A stretch of 64,000 nt of DNA from an uncultured Gemmatimonadales bacterium. Lineage in GTDB: Bacteria > Gemmatimonadota > Gemmatimonadetes > Gemmatimonadales > Gemmatimonadaceae. The notes under the pieces are model-generated. The model worked only from the letters and a program-made list of their open reading frames with translations, was not told the origin of the DNA and made no database searches. Both the position numbers and the translations under genes were made by a program. The stretch covers positions 256,001 through 320,000 of the forward strand of contig OY969695.1 of NCBI GenBank assembly GCA_963701965.1. The letters are read 5' to 3'. This document shows positions 26,960 to 37,597 of this stretch, piece by piece. Every line of letters begins with the position of its first letter. Position 1 is the first letter of the stretch.

Positions 26960-28071
26960 GCGGCGCGAGCGGCGCTGCCTTCTGGCGCGGCAAGCGCGTC
27001 CTGGTCACGGGCCATACCGGCTTCAAGGGCGCGTGGCTGGCGCTCTGGCTGCATCGGCTCGGCGCCGAGGTCACCGGGCTCGCGCTCGCGGCCGCGAGAC
27101 AAAAGCCTGTACCGGCTCGCCGCCCTCGACGGCGCGGTCGCGAGCCGGATCGTCGACCTGCGCGACGCCGCCGCGACCGCCGCCGCGGTGCGCGCGGCCC
27201 GGCCGCAGATCGTGCTCCATCTCGCGGCGCAGGCGTTGGTGCGGGCGAGCTATCGCGATCCGCTCGCGACCTTCGCGACCAACACGATGGGCACGGCGCA
27301 TCTGCTCGACGCCCTGCGCGATCTCGACGACGTCTGCGTCGCTGTCGTCGTCACCACCGACAAGGTCTATCGCAACAACGAGTGGCCGTATCCGTACCGC
27401 GAGGACGACGCCCTCGGCGGCCACGATCCCTACAGCGCCAGCAAGGCGGCGGCCGAGCTGGTCGCGGCGAGCTATCGCAGCGCGTTCCTGGAAGCGCAGC
27501 AGGTGGCCGTGGCGACGGCGCGTGCCGGCAACGTCATCGGCGGCGGCGACTGGAGCGAGGACCGGCTGATTCCCGACGCCGTGCGTGCCTGGCAAAGCGG
27601 CTCGGTGCTTGACGATCCGGCGGCCGCAGGCGATTCGCCCCTGGCAGCACGTGCTCGACCCGCTCGCCGGCTACCTGCGCCTGGCCGAGCGGCTCTGGCA
27701 CGCGCCGAACCTCGCCGGCGCGTACAACTTCGGGCCGCGCACCGACGAGGCGGCGACCGTCGGCACGGTCGTCGCCCTGGCGCGCGCTGCGTATGGCTCG
27801 GGCGAGTGGCGCGCCGAGCTGGACGAAGCGGGCCCGCACGAGGCGGGACGGCTCGCGCTCGAAGTCGCGCGGGCACGCGCGGTGCTCGGCGTGGCGCCGC
27901 GCTGGGCGCTGCCGGAGGCTGTGCAGCGAACGATGCTCTGGTACCGGCGTCTCGCCGACGGCGCTTCGGCGCGGACGCTGTGCGAAGCCGACATCGCCGA
28001 TCACGAAGCGGCCGGCGCTGGCCGCTCTTGCCGCCGATCACGCCGCCACGCTCGCAGGACGCGCGCCGTGA
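26956..28071 (+). CDS. rfbG: CDP-glucose 4,6-dehydratase, frameshifted
   Basis: FWRGKRVLVTGHTGFKGAW, TTDKVY, DPYSASK, RAGNVIGGGDW and RPWQHVL. Confidence 0.93.
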
Positions 28072-28629
28072 ACCGATTCGAGGTCGAAGACACGAAGCTC
28101 GCCGGCCTGAAGCGCGTGCGCCGGTCGCGTCTCGGCGATGACCGCGGCTTCCTGGCGCGTCTCTTCTGCGCCGACGAGTTGCGCGATGCCGGCTGGAACG
28201 CGCCGGTCGCGCAGGTCAACCACACCCGCACGGCGCAGCGCGGCAGCGTCCGCGGCCTGCACTTCCAGCATCCGCCGCGGGCCGAGAAAAAGCTCGTCCA
28301 TTGCCTGCGCGGCGAGGTCTTCGACGTCGCCGTCGACCTGCGTCGCGGCTCGCCGACCTTCCTGCAGTGGCACGGCGAACGGTTGAGCGGCGACAACGGC
28401 GTCGCCCTGCTGATCCCGGAAGGCTTCGCCCACGGCCTGCAGACGCTTGCCGACGACGTCGACATGCTCTATTGCCACTCGGTCGCCTACGCCGCCGATA
28501 GCGAAGGCGGCGTCCATCCGCGCGAGCCGCGCGTGGCGATCGACTGGCCGCTGCCGATCGCGCTGCTCTCGCCGCGCGACGAAGCGCGAGCGCTGGCTCT
28601 CGGCCGGGTTCGAAGGAATCGCGCTTTGA
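28068..28629 (+). CDS. rfbC: NDP-4-keto-6-deoxyhexose 3,5-epimerase (RmlC-like)
   Basis: DDRGFLAR, RGLHFQ, VAVDLRRGSPTF and PEGFAHG. Confidence 0.88.
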
Positions 28630-29860
28630 AGTGCCGCCACTGCGCCGCCGACGCTCGAGCGCGTCTGCCTCGATCTGGGCAGCGCGCCGCCGTCGAACGC
28701 CTACCTGAGCGAGGCGGCGCTGCGCGCGCCCGAGGTCTGGTATCCGCTGCGCCTGCTCGTCTGCGAGCGCTGCTGGCTCGTGCAGACCGAGGACCACGCC
28801 GGCCGCGAGGCCTTGTTCGGCGACGACTACGCCTACTTCAGCTCGTTCTCGTCGTCGTGGCTGGCGCACGCCGAAGCCTACGTGCAGGCGATGCGCAAGC
28901 GCTTCGCGCTGACGCGCGAGAGCCTTGTCAGCGAGGTCGCGGCCAACGACGGCTACCTCCTGCGCTACGTCCGCGACGCCGGCATCCCGTGCTACGGCAT
29001 CGAGCCGACGGCGAGCACCGCGAAGGCGGCGCGCGCGCTCGGCCTCGACATCGTCGAGCGCTTCTTCGGCGTCGAGCTCGCGCGCGAGCTGGCGGCGGCA
29101 GGTCGGCAGGTCGACCTCGTCGCCGCCAACAACGTCCTCGCCCACGTTCCCGACATCAACGACTTCGTTCGCGGCTTCGCGACTGCTGCTCAAGCCCGAC
29201 GGCGTGGCGACGTTCGAGTTCCCGCACCTGCTGCGCCTGTTGCGCGAGAACCAGTTCGACACCGTCTATCACGAGCACTATTCGTATCTCTCGCTGACGA
29301 CGGTGCGGCGCATCTTCGACGACCCACGGCCTGGCCGTGTTCGACGTCGAAGAGCTTCCGACCCACGGCGGCAGCCTGCGCGTGTTCGCGCAGCGCAGCG
29401 ACACGGGGCGGCGTGCCGCCGGCGACGCCGTCGCGCGCGTGCTGCGCGACGAAGCCGCCGCCGGCTTGGCGACGGCGGCCGGCTACGACGGCTTCCAGGC
29501 AACGCATCGACAAGGTCAAGGACGACTTCATGGCGTTCCTGATCGAGGCCCGGCGCGCCGGCCGAAACGTGGCCGCGTACGGCGCCGCGGCCAAGGGCAA
29601 CACGCTGATGAACTACGCGGGCGTGCGCCCGGACCTGATCGCCTTCGTCGTCGACCGCAATCCGGCCAAGCAGGGCAAGTACATGCCCGGCAGCCGCATC
29701 CCGATCGTCGCCGAGGAGCGGCTGCGCGAGGCGCGGCCCGACGACATCGTCATCCTGCCCTGGAACCTGCGCGACGAGGTGATGCGCGCAGCTCGACTAC
29801 GTGCGCGCCTGGGGCGGGCGCTTCGTCACGGCGGTGCCCGAGCTGAGGTGCGTGCCGTGA
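28626..29860 (+). CDS. NDP-hexose C-methyltransferase (Zn-binding, SAM-dependent), frameshifted
   Basis: N-terminal CRHC and C..C Zn ligands; EVAANDGYLL, NNVLAHVPD, FDTVYHEH, YGAAAKGNT and ILPWN. Confidence 0.88.
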
Positions 29861-30700
29861 AGGTGGCGGTGAGCGGCGCGACGGGCTTCGTCGGCCGTCA
29901 TGTCGTCGCCGCGCTCGAGCGCGCCGGCCACGAGCCGACGCTATGGGTGCGACCGTCTTCGTCGCCGTCGACGCTCGATTCCGCCATCGGATCGTGCGCA
30001 TCGACATCGAGAATCCGCCGGATCGGCCCTTCGAGCAACTCGGCCGGCCCGATGCGCTGATCCATCTCGCGTGGGGCGGGCTGCCGAACTACGCATCGCT
30101 GCATCACTTCGAGCGCGAGCTGCCGGCGCACTATGCAATCTTGAAGCGCCTGGTGCGAGGAGGGCCTGTCGACCCTCGTCGCCGCCGGCACCTGCTTCGA
30201 GTACGGCATGCAATCAGGTCCGCTCGACGAGACGCGGCGCCGCTGCGCCGGCAAATCCGTACGCGCTCGCCAAGGACGCGCTGCGCCAGCAGCTGCAGCA
30301 ACTGCAACGCCACCTGCCGTTCTCGCTCACGTGGGCGCGCCTTTTCTATCTCCACGGCGAAGGCCAGGCGACGAGCGCGCTCCTGCCGCAACTGCGCCAG
30401 GCGGTCGCCGCCGGCGTTGCCGTCGTTCGCGATGTCGGGAGGGGAGCAGCTGCGCGACTATCTTGCCGTCGAGCAGGCTGCCGACCATCTCGTCGCCCTC
30501 GCCGGCAAACGGCGCGAGCACGGCATCGTCAACGTCTGCTCGGGCCAGCCGGTGTCGATACGCGCCCTCGTCGAAGGCTGGATCGCCGCCAACGACTGGT
30601 CGATCAGGCTCGACCTCGGCCGCTATCCCTATCCGGAACACGAGCCGATGGCGTTCTGGGGCGATGCGAGGAAGCTGAAGCAATGTCTGCGAAGCGTCCT
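29857..30700 (+). CDS. NAD-dependent epimerase/4-ketoreductase, frameshifted (end approximate)
   Basis: VAVSGATGFVG, GTCFEYG, YALAK, RLFYLHG and QLRDY. Confidence 0.82.
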
Positions 30701-31794
30701 GAGCCTCACCGACAAGGGCGGGCGCGAGATCTACCGCGCCGAGCAGCTGCCGGTGCTGCAGAACCGAATGTTCGCGAGCACGCAGGCCGCGCGCGCGTGC
30801 CCCCGCGGCGACGTCGTCCTGGTTCAGTCGCGCGCCACCGGGCTCGTGTTCAATGCCGCCTTCCAGCCGGAGCTCGTCCAGTACGGCGCCGACTACCAGA
30901 ACGAGCAGGGCTTGAGCGCCGCGTTCGCGCGCCACCTCGACGCCGTCGTCGACGGTGATGCGGCGGCACTTCGCGGGCCAGACCCTGATCGAGGTCGGCT
31001 GCGGCAAGGGCCTCTTCCTCGAGCGATTGCTCGCCGCGGCTTCGACGTCACCGGGCTCGACCCGACCTACGAGGGCGCGCAACCCGCGCGTGATCCGCAA
31101 GTTCTTCACGCCCGAGATCGGCCTCCTCGCCGACGGCATCGTCCTGCGCCACGTGCTCGAGCACGTCGTCGACCCGGTCGCGTTTCTTGCCGGGCTGCTC
31201 GAGTCGAACGGTGGCGAGGGCAAGATCTACATCGAGGTGCCATGCCTCGACTGGATCGTCCGCCACGACGCCTGGTTCGACATCTTCTACGAGCACGTCA
31301 ACTACTTCCGCCTGGCCGACTTCGAGCGGATGTTCGGCACGCTGCACGAGGTCGGTCACGCGTTCGGCGGGCAGTACCTCTATGCCGTCGCCGACCTGGC
31401 AACGCTGCGCACGCCGCGAAGGCGGGCGGGCGACGACTTCGCATTCCCGCCCGGCTTCTTGTCGTCGCTCGATGCCTGCGAGGCGCGTCTCGCGGCGCAG
31501 CCGCCAGGCGCGCCGCGGGCGATCTGGGGCGGCGCATCGAAGGGCGTGATCTTCGCGCTCTTCATGGAGCGCGCGGGAACGCCGATCGATACCGTGATCG
31601 ACATCAATCCCGCCAAGCAGGGCCGCTATCTCGCCGCCACCGGGCTGCGCGTTCAGTCGCCCGACGAGGCGATGGCGCACCTGCCGGCGGGCACCGACGT
31701 GTTCGTCATGAACAGCAACTATCTGGATGAGATCGAGGCGGCCACGGCGCATCGATACCACTGTCTGCTGATCGACCAGGGGAGCGAAACATGA
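30701..31794 (+). CDS. Second class I SAM-dependent (sugar) methyltransferase, frameshifted (start approximate)
   Basis: LPVLQNRM, IEVGCGKG, RHVLEH, FYEHVNYF, WGGASKGV and DINPAKQG. Confidence 0.8.
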
Positions 31795-32532
31795 ACGAGT
31801 TCGAGCGCGAGGTCGCCGAGCGCATCGCGGCCAACGGTAGCGACGCGCCGCAACAGGCGGCGGCGGGCCAGTTCATGGCGACCTCGATCGCCGCAAAGTA
31901 CTCGTACAACTTCTCGTGGCTCGGCCGGCCGATCATCCAGTACCCGCAGGACATCGTCGCGATGCAGGAGCTGATCTGGTCGCTGCAGCCCGAGCTGATC
32001 GTCGAGACCGGCATCGCCCATGGCGGCTCGCTGATCTTCTCGGCATCGATGCTCGAGCTGAACGCGGCCTGCGGCGGCCCGGCCGACGCGCGCGTCGTCG
32101 GCATCGACATCGACATCCGCGCTCACAACCGCGCCGCCATCGAGGCGCATCCGATGATGCGGCGGATCACGATGATCGAGGGCTCGAGCATCGCGCCTGA
32201 GGTGGTCGCGCGGGTGCGCGCGCTGGCCGCGGGCAAGAAGCGCGTTCTCGTCGCGCTCGACAGCAACCATACGCACGAGCACGTCCTCGCCGAGCTCGAG
32301 GCCTACGCGCCGCTGACGACCGTCGGCAGCTATTGCGTCGTCTTCGACACCATCGTCGAGAACCTGCCGAAGGAGCTCAGCTTCGATCGGCCCTGGGGTC
32401 CGGGCGACAACCCGATGACCGCGGCGCGGCGCTATCTGCGGGACCACCCCGAGTTCGAGATCGACGAGCGCATCGACCACAAGCTCCTGATCGGGGTCGC
32501 GCCGCGAGGGCTATCTGCGGCGCGTGCGCTGA
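31791..32532 (+). CDS. CmcI/cephalosporin-hydroxylase family (sugar O-methyltransferase-like)
   Basis: YSYNFSWLGRPIIQYPQD, ETGIAHGGS, LDSNHTHEHV and PWGPGDNP. Confidence 0.9.
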
Positions 32533-32533
32533 G

Positions 32534-33414
32534 ATGGCGGCGCCGGCCGACGCCGGACTTGTCTATGCGTGCCTAACGCACGTCCCGCTGACGCTCGAGC
32601 TGCCGCCCTACGTCGTGCCGATCTACCTCGGCGCGGCACAGCACGATCGGCGCGCTCAATCTGCGCGATCTCGCGCCCGAATGGCAGCCGCACCATCCGG
32701 TGCTGGGCTCGACCGCGGGCGCGTTCGCGCTCAAGAACCTGGTGCGCGAGCGCTTTCCGCAGGCGACCCGGATCGGCGTCTGCCAGTACCGCAAGTTCGT
32801 CTCGCGCGAGCGGATCAGCGGCGTGCGCGATCCGCGCTATCGCGTCATGGACGTGGTGCCGCGAGCGATGCTGGCGGGCGAGCGCTTCGCCGAGCTGCTC
32901 TGGCCGGGCGACGCGCAGTTCCTGGTCAGCCGGCCGCGCCGCTTCACGCGCGTGCCGTGGCACCGGCGCGGCTATCTCAAGGAGTACGCGCGCGACCATT
33001 GCGTCGAGGATTTGCTGCGCTTTACCGGCGAGGCGGTCGAGCAGGGCGTGCTGCCGCGCGGCGAGGCAGTGGCGTTCTTCCGCGAGGACGTGATCGTTCC
33101 CGGCGGCGTCGAGCTCGGCGTCTATCCGGCGTCGTTCTGGCTCGCGACCACCGAGAGCATCGAGCGCGTCGTTCGCGCCTGCGTCGACCAAGCATGCGAC
33201 GGTGCGCGATGGCTACCAGGCACGGCTCTGGTCGTTCTGTTCGGAACGCCTCGGCAGCTACCTGCTGCTGAAGCGCTTGCGCGCCGAGGTCGCGGCGAGC
33301 CCGGGCAGCGCCATCGAATGGCTCGGTCGACGGCGCTGGCGCCCGCGCTTCTGCGGCCAGCTCAATCTCGTCACCGAGGGCGACTCGCACGCCGGCTATG
33401 CCGGCGGCATCTGA
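32534..33414 (+). CDS. Hypothetical glycan-related protein, DUF4422-like, frameshifted
   Basis: RIGVCQYRKF and RLWSFCSERL resemble DUF4422 motifs; last gene of the sugar operon. Confidence 0.5.
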
Positions 33415-33420
33415 CTCGTA

Positions 33421-34240
33421 TCAGAGGTAGAGCGCGTCGCGCCAGGCGCCGCCTTCGCGCAGCATGTGCATCGCGTAGCCGTGCGCGACGTGCTCGGCCC
33501 GCACCCACTCGCGCGCCGAGCGCATGCGCTCGGCCTTGAAGCGCTTGCGCTGCCACCAGCTCATGCCGACCCGGGCATAGAAGTAGTCGCGGTCGCCGAG
33601 GTCCTTCTGGCCGGTCTCGAGCTTGATCGCCTTCTGCGTGATCGAGCCGAAGTGATGCAGCAGCGCGTCGCCGACGGTGCCGACCAGGACGCCGTTGCGC
33701 TGGCAGCGCACCAGGTACTCGACGTCCTCGCGGCCGCCGAGGCGACGATCGGTGTCGGGAAAGCCGATCGCCTCGAACACCTTCCGGCGCACCGCGAAGC
33801 AGACGCCGTGGAACCATCCCGGCCGCAGCGTGCCGGCCATGGCGCGGACGAACGCCGCGGCGTGTGCCTCGAAGTCGTAGTCGAGCGCGCCTTCGGCGAG
33901 CGCCGGGCTGACGACGTCGAGGTGGTGGCGATCGCCGGCGTCGAGCATCGCCGTCATCGCGTCGGCGCTGACGATGACGTCGTTGTTGAGCAGCACGACC
34001 CAGTCGCTTTCGGCGAGCAGCGAGCCCTGGGTCCAGGCGCCGCCGCAGCCGAGGTTGACGGCGTTGCGCACGCGAGCGGATGGCGGTCTGCGCCGCGAGC
34101 CACTCGGGCGTCGCGTCGCGGCTGCCGTTGTCGATCACCAGGATCGCCTCGGCGGGCGTGCCGTGGTCGAGCAGGCTCTGCACGCATTGCTGCGTGTAGT
34201 GGAGCTGATCGAGGACCGGGATGACGACGGTGTAGCGCAT
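33421..34240 (-). CDS. Glycosyltransferase family 2, frameshifted
   Basis: YTVVIPV, VIDNGS, NLGCGGAW, LLNND and EDVEY. Confidence 0.85.
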
Positions 34241-34244
34241 CCGG

Positions 34245-34862
34245 CTAGGTCTTGGCCCGCGGCACCCGCCCCATCAGGTAGAACTCGTCGTTCGGCCGCA
34301 TCGACGTGACGTTGGCCATCCGGTTCGACAGGCCGAAGAGGGCGGTGATGCCGGCGATGTCCCAGACGTCGTCGTCGCTGAAGCCGTGCGCGCGCAAGAC
34401 CTCGAAGTCGGCGTCGCCGACGGCGGCGGAGTCGAGCGCGACCTTCATCGCGAAGTCGAGCATCGCCCGCTGGCGCGGCGTGATGTCGGCCTTCCTGTGA
34501 TTGACCGCGACCTGGTCGGCGACGAGCGGGTTCTTCTCGTAGATGCGCAAGAGCGCGCCGTGGGCGACGACGCAGTAGAGGCAACCGTTGGCGCCGCTGG
34601 TCGCGACGATGATCATCTCCTTCTCGCCCTTGCTGAGCCCCGACTCGCGCAGCAGCAGCGCGTCGTGATAGGCGAAGAAGGCGCGAAACTCGTCGGGCCG
34701 ATGGGCGAAGGCGAGAAAGACGTTGGGGACGAAGCCGGCCTTTTCCTGGACCTCGAGGATCTTCTGGTGCACGTCGTCGGGCAGCCCCTCGAGCGCGGGA
34801 ACCGGAAAGCGACTGATCGGCCGCGCGGGCGTCGCCGATCCGGCGGAGGAGGTCGCGGCCAT
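34245..34862 (-). CDS. Peroxidase-related AhpD/CMD family protein
   Basis: GFVPNVF, EMIIVATS..NGCLYCVVAHGA and LSNRMAN. Confidence 0.88.
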   Translation of the reverse strand: MAATSSAGSATPARPISRFPVPALEGLPDDVHQKILEVQEKAGFVPNVFLAFAHRPDEFRAFFAYHDALLLRESGLSKGEKEMIIVATSGANGCLYCVVAHGALLRIYEKNPLVADQVAVNHRKADITPRQRAMLDFAMKVALDSAAVGDADFEVLRAHGFSDDDVWDIAGITALFGLSNRMANVTSMRPNDEFYLMGRVPRAKT

Positions 34863-34864
34863 GG

Positions 34865-36751
34865 TCAGCTCCTGAATTGCAAGGTGTGCAAGCGCGCGTA
34901 GAGGCCGCCGGCGGCGAGCAGCTCGGCGTGGCTGCCCGATTCGACGACCCGCCCGGCGTCGATGACGACGATCCGGTCGGCACGCTCGATCGTCGACAGG
35001 CGGTGGGCGATGACCAGGCTGGTGCGGCCCTTCATCAGCCGCTCGAGCGCCTGCTGGACGAGGCGCTCGGACTCCGAGTCGAGGGCCGACGTCGCTTCGT
35101 CGAGGATCAGGATCGGCGCGTCCTTGTAGATCGCGCGCGCGATCGCCAGGCGCTGGCGCTGGCCGCCGGAGAACTCGCTCGCGTTGTGGCCGACGACGGT
35201 GTCGAGGCCATTCGGCAGCGACTCGGCGAACTCGAGCAGGTTGGCGCTGGCGAGCGCGGCACGGATCTTCTCGCGGTCGCTTTCGCCGCTGGTGCCGAGC
35301 GAGACGTTGGCGGCGACGGTGTCGTTGAAGAGAACGACGTCCTGGCTGACGAGCGCGAACTGGCGCCTGAGCGCGGCGACGTTCCACTCGGCCAGCGGCT
35401 GGCCGTCGAGCAGCAGCGTTCCCGACGTCGGCGCGATGAAGCGCGGCAGCAGGTTGACGAGCGTCGTCTTGCCCGCGCCCGACGGGCCGACCAGCGCCAC
35501 CGTCTCGCCGGCGCGCAGCTCGAGGTCGATCCGGTCGAGGGCCGGCGCCTGCGACGCGCGATAGCGCAGCGTTACCTGGCGCAGTTCGATGTGGCCGGCG
35601 CTGCGGCCGGGGTCGAAGCTGCCGCCGCGCTCGGGTCGGCTGCCGTCGATCAGGCCGATGCCCTTGTCGAGCGCCGCCAGGCCGCGCGTCACCGGGCCGG
35701 CGAGCTCGGACAGGTGCTTGATCGGTGGCACCAGCTGCAGCATGGCGACGATGAAGGCGACGAAGCTGCCGACCGAGGTGCCGCTGTGGCTGCTCTGCCA
35801 GAGCGCGGCGACGATCACCGCGGCGAGCGCACACGACGCGAGCAGCTGCGTGATCGGCGTCATCGTCGAAGCGGCGACGACCGACTTCATCGACAAGCGC
35901 CTCAGCTGCTGGCTGACACGCTCGAAGCGCGACGCCTGCGACGCTTCGGCGGCATGCAGGCGAACGCTGCGCCAGGCAAGGACGTTTTCCTCGACGACGT
36001 AGGCGAGCTCGTCGATCGAGTGCTGGCCCTGCACGGTCACGCGGTGCAGGCGACGGCTGAACTTGCGCATCACGAAGGCGAGGGCTGGCAGCAGGAGCGC
36101 GACGAACACCGTCAGCTGCCAGTTGAGCCAGACCAGGTAGCCGAGCAGCGCCAGGAAGCGAAGCGAATCGCCGACCAGGCTCTGCAACGAATAGACGAGC
36201 TGGGTCGCGCCGTTCTGGACCTCGAAGGTGAGGGTGTTGACGAGGTTGCTCGCCGTGTTGCGCGTGAAGAGCGCCGGCTCGGCGTCGAGGACGCGCTGGA
36301 ACATCGTCTGGCGCAACGCCATCGTGCCGCGATTGGCGGCCCACGCCAGGCCGTATTGCGACAGGAAACCGGCGAGGCCGCGGATCGCGGTCAGGCCGAC
36401 GACTGCGATCGGCACCGCCCAGAGCGGAAACGCGTTCTGCCGGATGCCGTCGTCGAGCAGCACCTTGAGCAGCGCCGGGATCGCCGGCTCGGTGGCGGCG
36501 GCGACGAGCGCACCGACGATGGCGAGGACGAAGCCGCGCCGGCTGCCGGCGAAAAACGGCGCGATCCGGCGCAGCCGCTCGCCCAGCCGCCGCCCCGAAA
36601 GATCGGGCGCGCCGTCGCCGGTCGCGCCGGTCGCGTCGGTCGCGGTGGCGGCAGGCCCTGTCAACGGCGGCGCGGGCATGGCCGTTGCCGAAGGCATGGA
36701 CGACAAGTCTTTCTCGTCGCGCACCTGCTCGACCGGTGTTTCCACGCTCAC
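34865..36751 (-). CDS. msbA: Lipid A export ABC transporter (true start possibly downstream of 36751)
   Basis: TM domain plus [17 protein letters not shown] and LILDEATSALD; LPS context. Confidence 0.88.
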   Translation of the reverse strand: MSVETPVEQVRDEKDLSSMPSATAMPAPPLTGPAATATDATGATGDGAPDLSGRRLGERLRRIAPFFAGSRRGFVLAIVGALVAAATEPAIPALLKVLLDDGIRQNAFPLWAVPIAVVGLTAIRGLAGFLSQYGLAWAANRGTMALRQTMFQRVLDAEPALFTRNTASNLVNTLTFEVQNGATQLVYSLQSLVGDSLRFLALLGYLVWLNWQLTVFVALLLPALAFVMRKFSRRLHRVTVQGQHSIDELAYVVEENVLAWRSVRLHAAEASQASRFERVSQQLRRLSMKSVVAASTMTPITQLLASCALAAVIVAALWQSSHSGTSVGSFVAFIVAMLQLVPPIKHLSELAGPVTRGLAALDKGIGLIDGSRPERGGSFDPGRSAGHIELRQVTLRYRASQAPALDRIDLELRAGETVALVGPSGAGKTTLVNLLPRFIAPTSGTLLLDGQPLAEWNVAALRRQFALVSQDVVLFNDTVAANVSLGTSGESDREKIRAALASANLLEFAESLPNGLDTVVGHNASEFSGGQRQRLAIARAIYKDAPILILDEATSALDSESERLVQQALERLMKGRTSLVIAHRLSTIERADRIVVIDAGRVVESGSHAELLAAGGLYARLHTLQFRS

Positions 36752-37524
36752 GCAGGGAACTCCGGTCGCTGCCTTGGACTCTGCATGAACATCAGCTTCA
36801 CGTACTTGTAGTAGGCATACTCCGCGTTGTAGATCGCAAGCATCAATCCGTGCCGACCATCGAGGAACCCGAGCTTCAGCAAGTACGTGCGCACGAAGGC
36901 GAACAGCCCGTGCCCGATCGCCTTGGCCAGGCTCGCGCTCCTTCCCCGCAACTGCATGTCGCGGGCGCTGCCGCTCGAGTAGCGATCGAGCTTTTCGAGC
37001 ACGTCATGAAGATCCGGGTAGCTGTGGTGGATCAGGCTTGCCTGCAGCTCGCCGATCGAGCCGGCGACCGTCATGTGGGCATGGAGGAAATCATCGGTGA
37101 ATCCCGAGACGGCGCGGCGGCCGAGACGAAGCGTTCGATCGGGGCGCCAGCCGCCGTGGTGCATGACGCGGCCGCAGAACTCGGACCAGCGCGGCACGCG
37201 ATAGCCGTCGTGCTTGCCGCTGGTGATCGCGGCCCGGATCTCGGCCTGCAGCGCCGGCGGGATGCGCTCGTCGGCGTCGAGCGAGAACACCCAGTCGCTC
37301 TTGGCGAGCGAGAAGCCACGCGCCACCTGCGGTCCGTAGCCCGGCCAATCGGTCACCAGCACGCGCGCGCCCGCCGCCTCGGCGATCGCCGCCGTTCGGT
37401 CCGAGCTGCCCGAGTCGAGCACCAGCACTTCATCGGCGAACGCGGCGCTGGCGATGCAGTCGGCGATGCGCGCAGCCTCGTTCTTGGCGACCACGACCAC
37501 GGCAAGCGAAACGTTCGGGCGCAT
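36748..37524 (-). CDS. Glycosyltransferase family 2 (WaaE/KdtX-like)
   Basis: KNEAARI, LDSGSSDRT, SLDADE and LGFLDG. Confidence 0.88.
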   Translation of the reverse strand: MRPNVSLAVVVVAKNEAARIADCIASAAFADEVLVLDSGSSDRTAAIAEAAGARVLVTDWPGYGPQVARGFSLAKSDWVFSLDADERIPPALQAEIRAAITSGKHDGYRVPRWSEFCGRVMHHGGWRPDRTLRLGRRAVSGFTDDFLHAHMTVAGSIGELQASLIHHSYPDLHDVLEKLDRYSSGSARDMQLRGRSASLAKAIGHGLFAFVRTYLLKLGFLDGRHGLMLAIYNAEYAYYKYVKLMFMQSPRQRPEFPA

Positions 37525-37597
37525 GGCGGGGACGGTCGTGGGGCGGGGTCTTCTGTCTTTGCGGCGGCGTGACGCTGATGGCGCTGCTCTCTTACCA

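Noticed and set aside
31791..32532. CmcI as evidence of cephamycin/antibiotic biosynthesis
   Set aside because: No beta-lactam, NRPS or PKS genes are present. The context is a nucleotide-sugar operon, where this family is common.
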